Assembly (NCBI RefSeq): GCF_964204865.1
Contig: NC_135253.1
Span: 3,286,001 to 3,350,000 of the forward strand
DNA length: 64,000 nt
Direction: 5' to 3'
Source of the DNA: Styela clava
Taxonomy: Eukaryota
A program made the translations under genes and the position numbers. The notes under the pieces are model-generated. The model ran no database searches and had not been told where the DNA came from. It was given only the letters and a program-made list of their open reading frames with translations. Positions 54,303-64,000 of this stretch are shown here, piece after piece (the stretch's first letter is position 1; every line of letters begins with the position of its first letter).

Positions 54303-57300
54303 TCAATGATATTTATCAAAACATTCTTTGTTGTCTTTATAATAAAACCAATCTCTAACGGAAACTGCAGGTCGATAAGAAACGTCGTCATCGAATAAAG
54401 GGCGCGGATGATTTTCTGGATCAAAATTAGGATTGTAAATATCGTCAAAGTTAATTCCGTACAAAGCTCTGCATAGTTGACAAATACGACCAATGCTTTT
54501 GCAACCAGGGACCCTATCTGGATCCATATTGTGCCACCTGTAATTAATTTGAATGTTAATTACAGGCATGTACCACATATTATAGTATATAATCTCAGCT
54601 TTGATTTAAATTTGGAATGAAAAACTGACAAATCTGAATCTTTAATGCTTGTAGCAACATGAGATACTTCAAAAACGTGGATACTAATCTACAATGTGGA
54701 AAGAAAAACTCACTGGAAGTACTCCAAGTAGGCAGTGTCGTTTTGATCTAGATATCTTAAATATTCAATAAGTTTATTCGATGTCTCGAAATCTTCTGCA
54801 TAGATGAAAGATCCAGCTGGTGCAAACGCTAGATAATCTTCTTTGGTTGCTCCCCATACTACTGGAACAGTATACGAATGAAATGCGTTTTTGAAGAACT
54901 TTTCAGTAATATAGTCTTTACAGTGATACGAATTTTCAAACGAAAAATAAAATTTGTAAGACCGGATCGCGCGAAAAAATTCTTGTGAATCTCGTTTTGC
55001 TCCATCCGCAAATTTTCCCTGTTTAGGGAAGCACCCGCCGTATCCTTCCAATTCGTAACCTTTTGCGATGATTTGTTTTATTAACCTTATTCTTTGTTTT
55101 GCAACTGAATGCTGAGCACAATCTGAAACTACAGCAAGAGATTTTTTCGTTTTCAATTTGAGTAATTTTTCTGGCTTCGGGACATTCGTGCTTTTGACGA
55201 TTGCCATGACAGCGTTGGCTGAATACAGTTTGTCAGGAAAGTCTGAATCCCTTCTATAAAAAGAAATGCGTATAATAGCATCAAAGTTAACAACCCCATG
55301 TTTATCTAAACATCTATTGTTTTGGGCGATTTAAACTATGCTGCTGTCACGGTATAAAAATAATGCGTAATTTAAATATTCATTGTTTTCTCCATATCCA
55401 GAATTCAATACGTAAAGAGCAGATTGGAAATGCTGGAGACAAATAGATACAAGTATTATACTACATTTTTCGTCTCGGTATTGCTTGCATTGCTACTTGT
55501 TTAGAGAAATAACCACTATGTAAATAATGGGGGAGAAAACAATGTGAGCCTACTTAAAGGTTGCAAATGAGCAACAGTATTTGAAATGCACTATTTCAAA
55601 AGCCTATTATATCTAATTCAGCAGCAGTAATTTATACTTACTATAATTACATTTTACAATTGAATCTTCGAAGAAGAATGGGATATAATAAATGATAAAG
55701 TTGATAAACTTTTCAGAATAATTCAAACAAGCGCATATTTGCTCATAATGAAAGTTTCCGATATTTTATCGTCTTTTGTCTATTGTGAAAACTCTGTTTG
55801 CTGCTGGTTGTATGCTTCAATTCACGAAATAAAACCGTATATGAGTATTGTACAAAAACATACCTATAAGTCATTGTTGCGTTAAATCCATATTCATCCT
55901 CGTAGTGCAGATTTTTGTGGTATTTGAATCGAACGGAGGCGGACGATTCCAGAGTCCAGTATACATATAAATGGTTGGGATTCCTAAATGACCAGAAGTC
56001 TTAATGTAAAGGATTCATAATATAGTAATTAACTTCAAACCAAAGAGTATTTGATGGAAAAATCATGATAGAAAATCTAATATTGATTTCAACACAATTT
56101 GATTACCCTTTACCTTATGTTTAACGCATGATTTCTCCGTCGACAGAAAAGCAAATTATAATACTAATCCTTTTTAAGAGTCTTCCTGCACACTAACACA
56201 AATTATTTCTGTAACGTTACAGAAATATATTTGTGTTAGTGTGCAGCAAGACTCTTGAATCACTTAGGATTGTTATCTCTACTTTTGCTACATCATCCTT
56301 GCATTATATGCATACGGATCCACCGGCACAAAAGCATCGAAGAAGGATAAGTAGTTAGTCTCGCAGAAACCAAATCAATAATCCTTTTTCAATATGTAAA
56401 AAAAATAAAGATTCTAAAATCTATCACCTCTTGGAAATTTGCCCTAACTGCAATTCCAAAGTTCAGTTTAGTTCTATGTATTTTTAATTTTCCAATTTCA
56501 GTCAAAAATAATGGATTTTCAGTTCGATGGGTGACCCTACTTTTGGGGGATAAAAAGTAGTTCTCTAAAATCTAAATCGAGGATTTATAGTTTTCCTTAT
56601 GCAGACCACTTGATCGGATTTCAATCTACATTAAATCATTCCTTGTCATATCGGAACTGTGAAAGTCATTCACACATCGTTATTTCCAATATAAAATATC
56701 TTGAGATCCACAATATAGGCCGCCCGCGTAAGTTGCGCATTGATATACTAATAATGTGGTCTGGCAGCAGAATGGTCTGTCGTCACCTAGCATGGTATTC
56801 ATTTCTGGATTTACTTCTTACCTTGACATAAGCGGCGGCATATTTTCTGGTGTAGTGCCAGTAAAGTAGACAACGACTGCAGCTGTTTTATTATCAGATA
56901 TCTGAAATATATTAATAAAAATGAAAACTGAACAGTGCTCAATAAACTTAATACAAGTGCGGACACATCTTGATATTACATCTTGCAGACTATTCACTGT
57001 TAATTTTAAACTATTTATTTGAGATCAAAACTAAAGGAAAAGGCGATGTGCTCACCAGTGTTCTATTGAAAGTTATTTCGCAATTTCCACATACTTCGCG
57101 ATTTACTCCACCTCCTAGAGGTATACCTGTTGTCCATATTACGATGATCTGAGAAATAGAAGGTGTCACCTTATATTAATATTTGTATATGGAAATATTA
57201 AACTTGTTTTATAGCTTCAATCAAAATATGTAATAAATCACTGCATGAAATAAAAATAACAATTTCGATAACCTTTATCTCATGTGAGGGAGTGGAGATT

Positions 57301-57850
57301 ATATCATTTTGATGAACTAAAAGATGATACTGAACATGAAACGCGTTAAGCAATTATAATATACTCACTGTAAAAAGCATCATTACCCAAAATATTGTTT
57401 AATTTTGGAATAGTTAGATGGTCGTGTATCGAGTTAGGCAACATGTGTACATATATATAACACCTCGTAAGCTTCCAAATACGAATGTCTCAACCTCATC
57501 ATGTACAAAAATACAGCAATACGAGCGACTACTATACCTTACAGCCTTAATAAACAGGAATTAAAAGTATATATAACCTTCTTATCTGTCGCTTGTTTGA
57601 GTCTTTCTTTGAGTTTATTTTGCAATGCAGTAATGTTGATAGCTGTTCCGTATTTTTTAGGCCACTGCTTTGTGTATTCACTTTGCAACGTGGAATTAAA
57701 TTCCGTTGAATCAACCCCCATGGCAAAATATTCCGAGTAATTTTCGTACAAACAATTTCTCGACACAGCCAATGTCCAAATCACCACCGCGAGTGAAAGG
57801 GCTATAAAAACAAACAACTGAACTGGAAGATTCTTGGGGTTTGACTGCAT
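54303..57850 (-). CDS. Alpha-1,3-fucosyltransferase (GT10), paralog C, 446 aa, 6 exons, intact
   Basis: Exons 57850-57578, 57148-57056, 56901-56822, 55983-55864, 55253-54714, 54537-54303 (1341 nt), all GT-AG and in phase; N-terminal TM; GT10 motif FENSYHCKDYITEKFFKNA; closely similar to B. Confidence 0.93.
56176..56256. repeat. Near-perfect 81-bp palindrome in FUT-C intron 3
   Basis: 40-bp arms with one mismatch and one indel, centred on GTAAC|GTTAC. Confidence 0.9.
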
Positions 57851-57990
57851 TGCCAGGGATAATAGCAATTCTGAAATTTTGTTTCAAAGTTTTTCTCTCT
57901 GATCAGACTATCTCTATTCATCGCTTCAAGTTCAATCTCAACGATTTGTTCTCATTCCATAGAAAAAACTGAATAATAATTCTTGTAATA

Positions 57991-58180
57991 TAACTACGCT
58001 GCCTGTAACAAAAGAATCAGTTAGAATTTTGTTAGCGTTACCTGCGCGGATGTACTGCTTGCAACCAAATTATCGAAATGTAGCCTAATTGTATCGTAAC
58101 TACGCTACGTGTAAACAAAGAGATTTGTTAGAATTTTTGTTGAATTATCTGCGCGGATGTACAGCTTATAACCAAAAAAT
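57991..58180. repeat. Diverged ~106-bp tandem duplication upstream of FUT-C
   Basis: TAACTACGCT..GTTAGAATTTT..CTGCGCGGATGTAC..AACCAAA at ~57991 and ~58097. Confidence 0.7.
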
Positions 58181-60129
58181 CATAATATAGTCTAATATTA
58201 GCTGACAAAGCTTTGTAAGTCTCACATATTGATCAAGCTATACACAAAAGCCGGACTGAAAGCGATCGATATGCGCCACTGCGTACTAGCCTGGTTGCTT
58301 TGTGACGACCGTTTCCTATTTGACAGTTTATCAACGCGCGATCCGTCATGTATAATTATGCATACCACGTACGCGAGTCTGACTTTTCAGAAATTCACAA
58401 TTGACAAACGACTTACTTCAAAATTTCATTTGCCATTTGAGTCTAATGGCTTCAATATAAATACTTAGGGCCACTTAAGAAATCCGGAGTATTCGAAATC
58501 AGTTTCTTCGGGCGTACTTGAATACTTCATGCTTTGGATAGCGTTTACATAAGAGATGCTTAAAAAATGTATTGAGGAAATGAGTCTTTTCCTCTTCATG
58601 TAACCCTCCCGCGTAATTATGAGCATATATTATTTACACTGTCCAGAGCAAAGCAAGAAATACCTATTCAAAACTCGATCAAACCACGAAAGCACAAGCC
58701 ACGAAAGAATTACCGTTCGTTTTTATCGAAGTTACACTCCAATGAATATGATGGCTAAAATATCCGAGCGTCAACAGTCTGTAACAAGAATTGGAATTCT
58801 TGAAAAGCAAACGGATGGGTTTCTCGTTGCTTCCGCGGAAACAATATTAAATATATAACCTTTCAATGTATATTTAGTCTCCGATTCATTAACACGTTCT
58901 GTCAAATATTTCGTTTATATTAAGCAAATTTAAAGCACAAACTCATAAGCAAAGAATAAGCTTGTTTCAGAAAATGTAAAACATGAATAAGATCAAACTA
59001 CGAATTACTAGATTCACCGCCGTAATCCCGTGAACGAGGACTAACGGCTTTCACTATTTTCTATCCTTTTCCTTTTGAACAAATTCAGCTGGTAAACTGA
59101 TCTTATATCACTCATATGCTGGCAAACCTGTAAGATACCCATGAAATAATTTTAACTGCAACAACAATTTTACAAATTGATATGTGTGTAAACTTCGTGT
59201 CAAAGAAAGCAAATCAACGCACGAGTGATTGAATTTTATAATTTATCTTTCTCGACAAACATTGAGTGTTTTCGAAAAAACCACCCCTCGTTATATATTT
59301 TGCTGTGATTTATTTTATAGAACCATATCCCTTTACCACATTTTCACTATTCGAGGGTATTTTCGAGTCCTGTCCATGGGAATTGGATTCCGATGGAAAT
59401 GGCAATTATTTTATATAATATATTTACTCTCTCTTTTTTCTTATATACTTGTAAATATTGTTTATTCTGTTCACAAAATACTGCAACCAAACTCACAACC
59501 AAAAAATATTAGAAAAATGACCACAGGTTCCCACTGCTAGAAGCTGATGCGAAAATTGTTTTGCCCCACCTGTGTCATCGTCAGCAGCAGTAGAGTAAGA
59601 TAGCAGTTGAGTAAGATACGGAAACGAGCGTTAACTGTCCTTGTTCTAAACTCTGCGTACATCAGATTGCATGTAACATGAAAGGAAGAAAGTAAATGGT
59701 TCAGTCGGATTACCCGATATAACTGAATTATTAGAAACAGTCTATGAGCAGAAAATTGATAATTGAATAGTATAAGAATGCCAGAAGTATGGTGAATTGT
59801 CATAGTTAGACAATACTTCTGAATTTTAAAGTTAACGAAGTCAAAACATTTTGTCGTTTTGCATGTCTCTCTGTGTGTACGTTCAATATGGGCTGGCATA
59901 AAATGGGACAGTCATAAATTTCTATGGGATGGCAAGGAACAGAAAATATGTCCAATGAACAATGGTATTTTTAATGAAATTTCACGTTTTAATGTAAAGA
60001 ATAAAATCGTGATTATGACGTCACAGATGAATGCTGATTTTTGTTTAGAAATGCACCTTGCATTTTAAATTGGATTTTATTTCATTAATTTACCGAAACC
60101 CATATGCTGCTAAACGAATACTAAAGAAG

Positions 60130-60918
60130 ATGGAAGATTTCAAAGATCGACTGAGACGAGAAACTGAATCACTTTTTAAAACGATTTTCCCGTCCAAATG
60201 CGAGAAGTTCCATAAATTGGTTTATGATCCAATGTTGGGACCAGATGCAATGCTGGCTATTAATATTACCGTAAATGAAAGCTGTAAAGCACTGAGAGAA
60301 GAAATAAAACAACGGGAGGAAGAAAGTAAAAAGATAAAAGATCGGTTTTACACCCCAGCTCAATCGGACAGCGAACTTGACGATTCCAGCGAAAGATGTC
60401 GAAAATTGAAGAGAAAGTTGAAACAAGATCGAGACGACGACGAAGAAAAAGAAGATATTGATCTTAGCAATATGGAATGTAACAAACATATAAGTAAGAT
60501 AATTGACGTTCTCAAACCGGAAGTTAGAGAGTTAATTGAAAGTTGCAATACTGTGAAAACCTGGGTGCAACTGCAGATACCTGAGATTCAAGATGGAAAT
60601 AATTTTGGAGTCGAAGTTCAGGAAGAAATCTTAGAAGAAGTGAGAAAAGTTGAGGACGATTGCAACACATTTTTGAAAACTATTTCTGTATACCATTTGA
60701 CTCGAGCAGAAATGGTTTCCAAATTTATAAAATTTCCAAGTGTCGATGATTACGTTTGTTCGTTGGAACAGCTTGATGCAAAAGAGTTCGTGACATTGAG
60801 ATTGATTGCCCTAGAACTCCGCAACTATTGTCTCGGATTACTGGATCTTTTTGAAAAAAATATGGAGAAGATTTTAACGCCGAGGGGAATAAATAACGTC
60901 CATATGTTGGTTTATTGA
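60130..60918 (+). CDS. PSME3: Proteasome activator PA28/REG gamma-like subunit, intronless, 262 aa
   Basis: LKPEVRELIESCNTVKTWVQLQIPEIQDGNNFGVEVQEE matches the PA28 activation-loop region; C-terminal ELRN..KNMEKILTPR..Y. First ATG at 60130 (ORF track starts at TTG 60058); AATAAA near 60956. Orthology versus paralogy to PSME3 not resolved. Confidence 0.9.
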   Translation: MEDFKDRLRRETESLFKTIFPSKCEKFHKLVYDPMLGPDAMLAINITVNESCKALREEIKQREEESKKIKDRFYTPAQSDSELDDSSERCRKLKRKLKQDRDDDEEKEDIDLSNMECNKHISKIIDVLKPEVRELIESCNTVKTWVQLQIPEIQDGNNFGVEVQEEILEEVRKVEDDCNTFLKTISVYHLTRAEMVSKFIKFPSVDDYVCSLEQLDAKEFVTLRLIALELRNYCLGLLDLFEKNMEKILTPRGINNVHMLVY

Positions 60919-62401
60919 TGCATTCGCTTGAAAACTAATACAGAGTATTTAAAATAATAAATTTTGCTTTTATCGTTGTTACGCTCATATACGCTTTTGT
61001 CATCTCTAGGTCGAAATTGGCGACGGATGCCAACTGATGTTGTATCGCGCCTTTTGTAAATCAAGTTAAGTTTTTTAAAACTGAATTTCCATCAGTGACT
61101 CAAAATTAAATTTTAATACTCAATTCTATAAATGTCCTCTTTCTATCTATTACTGCACGTCTATATTAAATTTTGCAAGTTATGAAATCAATGCAGTATA
61201 ATTTGATTCCTACTGCACAAAAATTTTACGTAACGTTTCAAAAATCTTATTTCACACTTAATCAAACAACATCAAAAACGGCAGTTCAAATCATTTTGTA
61301 GATATTTAAAATCATGTTATAACTTTCGTATCGCGCATTTGGAAAATTTAATGATGTCTATGAACTTGAAATTCCTTCCAGGTACAGAAATGAATAAATA
61401 AATATATTTTCGAGTTTACCAAACTAATATTGTAATAAAAACGACATACCGATTCGGATCGCATATGACATTACTCAGATTGCTGCAACGCAAAATCAAA
61501 TTTTATATTTACTTTTGAGAAATCGTTCATTCGGCGCCAACGAATGGTAATACATAAAAGTACTGAGAAGTTTACATTATATCTTCTACTACATTACAAC
61601 TGTATAAATATGTTAACACTATCTGCGGGTTGTAAATCGTAATGAACATGTGTTTCAACCGAGTTTACAAATAAACTGCAAAGCCTAATCCTGACCCCGT
61701 TCCAATTTATAAATACCAATCTAGCAATATACTGCTCAATGTTTAATCCTAACCCCGTTCCAATTCATAAATATCCAGCTAACCATATATTACTCTGCAT
61801 TCCGGGAAACACAATTGGGACCATTGACTGTTGGTTCTGGTTTCTGTACAGACTGCCCAGTGAGATTCAGACAGAAAAAGCAACTCGGTCGTAACTTTCA
61901 GCTGTGGAATTGAAAGAAATATGATAACTACTCTTTACTACTTGTGTTTTTATTTAAACTTTGTGTCACTAACATGGTTCAGTATAATGACATATCGTTA
62001 CTTATTCGTGGTTGGTAGACAATGATGCCAACAGTCGAAGCGATTTATTAGATTAAATGTGTTGACTTTTAGTGACAGAAAAAACGTCAATGAAATGTCA
62101 TCACAACAAAACTTAGAATTAACTGCCTCGTTGAGATGAGCTTCAGCAGTCAGGAAATAAATGACTGAGTTTTAAGCCACGCAGTAGTCGAAAATATTAT
62201 TCTTTGACTTCGTGCGAAAAATAGTAGAATAAAGCCTATTTTCCAAATTTAAAAATTCGGCTTCAAATCTAGAAGTCAAGTACAAAGAGACTAATCAAAA
62301 AAACTAAATACTAACTACTCTTACAGTCTCGATATGCAAATATGTATTGAATATTTGTTTTTGCACAGATTTCTAATTACATTTCGGAGTCAAATACAAC
62401 C

Positions 62402-63821
62402 ATGTTCTCATTACTGCTTTTGTCGGGAATGCTGGCAAGTACCTTTTTACAATCAACGTGCCATCGGATGTGTTTGAATTACGAGTCTCCGACGTTGTGA
62501 GTGGATTTTTTATTCAAAATGCACTATTGGGATCGATATGTTTCAATAGATTTTTGTCGACATCGACGTCAACAACTTTTTGTCAAAGTTTGAACAAATC
62601 GAATTTCATTGAAATCAATGCAAAAAATACCATGCGTTTGCCAAACATATATATAGACTGTTCTCGTAAGATTTCATCACAACAATATGCTGTAAAAATT
62701 CGAAATAGATTTATACTGTGAAGTGTTGAATCAGAAACCTAAAAATGATACAGAATCCGCACAATTTCCATGAGCTCATAATCAAGAACCATTCTTTCCT
62801 AAAACAAAGTCCTGACTTTCTGCTTCAGCCAAACGTGTACTCGACTTATCGCTAACTGCCTCATAACGAAAATATTATTTTGAATAGGTAATATATCAAA
62901 AGTATATTTAATAAAACGTTTTTTTTTATTTTTTAAAGTATGGATGAAACGTTTGACCTGTGTCGAGATTTTCAAAAGTTTGGTTGCTGTACGAAACAAA
63001 AAGATAAGGAGTTGCATAAAAAATTTACTGCATTCGTGGACTTTCTCCCACAAGAAAATAAAACAGAGTGTTCCGATGTAGTCAGGGATCTTATGTGTCA
63101 GGTATATATAAATGAAACAATTCCTATTCAATTAGGTTTTATGGGGATGCTAATGTTTGTTTACATCACTGGCCAGATATAACATGCTGCGCAATAAGTT
63201 CAAACGGTTGCTGCCAACGTGTAAGATACTTATAATAACTAGAAAAAAGGGAAATACGATAATTTGAAGAGAAACTGAAATATTTAATTTGTCATCCAAA
63301 CCACTAAAAATTATTTGCCGAATGAATATTGTCAATGGAATATGATGTAATTGATAATTATATTCCCACACTCGATATCATTAAAAGTTAGATTCGAAAA
63401 TGTATACACTTACATTTAGTGGCATATTTCGAATCCATTTCAGGAATGTTCCGAATACTCAGCTCACCAATATGATTTAGAAAAGAGTGGTACAATAACC
63501 AGTTTACCTGGTTTATGCTGGGAGTATTGTCAAAATATATTTGAACAATGTCGAGACGCGCTACAACTTTTGACTAGCGATGAAAATCTTCTTGAACATT
63601 TAAGAATGGGCGATAACAATAGGTTCTGCCGAGAGGTTGCATTAGAAGATAGATATTATTGTTATCCATTGGAAGACGAATATGCAGAGGGAAACTTGGA
63701 TTTCTACGAACTACCAAATGAAAGTACAACCTCTCAAATTTGTTTTCAAACTCATTTAAATCATTCCCTGCGCCGAGATATTACTAACATAATATATATA
63801 TATATATATCAAAACAATTAA
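62402..63821 (+). CDS. HHIPL: HHIP-like (HHIPL1/2 family) secreted protein, 5' exons; N-terminal cysteine-rich (folate receptor-like) domain
   Basis: Exons 62402-62496, 62939-63101, 63444-~63821/63866. Signal peptide MFSLLLLSGMLAS, then HRMCLNY..C..FGCC..C..RDLMCQECSEYSAH..LPGLC..YC..C..RFC..YCYP, the HHIPL Cys pattern. As assembled it stops at 63821 just after an (AT)9 tract; the gene probably continues beyond the window. Confidence 0.85.
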
Positions 63822-64000
63822 ACAAATTGGTTGCTCATCATCAATATAGCTCACTCACTGAACACTGTAAAGTCCTTGGTAGTATCGTCTTTGCCTGATC
63901 TTGGTTGTGGAGTATTTAGCCTCTTTCAGAATGTAAAGATACGTAGTACACCTTTTATTCTTGACAGCTGATAATTCAAATACTGTATTCCTGATATATT

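Noticed and set aside
60169-60548. Antisense ORFs over the PA28 gene
   Set aside because: Shadow frames of a purine-rich coding strand.

Overview
AT-rich eukaryotic (invertebrate animal, plausibly ascidian; taxon is inference) genomic DNA with spliceosomal introns. Exon chains were reconstructed by hand from GT/AG sites and phase continuity. Genes: (1) a 9-exon minus-strand single-pass membrane protein with a compact C-type-lectin-like domain and a long basic His/Arg/Ser-rich tail (3030-8392); (2) three tandem minus-strand 6-exon GT10 alpha-1,3-fucosyltransferase paralogs, A (12374-15811) and C (54303-57850) intact, B (21291-30795) with a +1 frameshift and a GC donor; (3) an intronless PA28gamma/PSME3-like proteasome activator (60130-60918) with Glu at the position of human K188; (4) the 5' part of an HHIP-like gene (62402 onward) whose frame is broken by an (AT)9 microsatellite. 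Between FUT-B and FUT-C is a ~20 kb triplication of the FUT-B 5' flank in which different hAT elements have repeatedly inserted at the same paralogous 8-bp targets. Many hAT and Merlin-like MITEs, a Gypsy remnant and minisatellites fill the rest.
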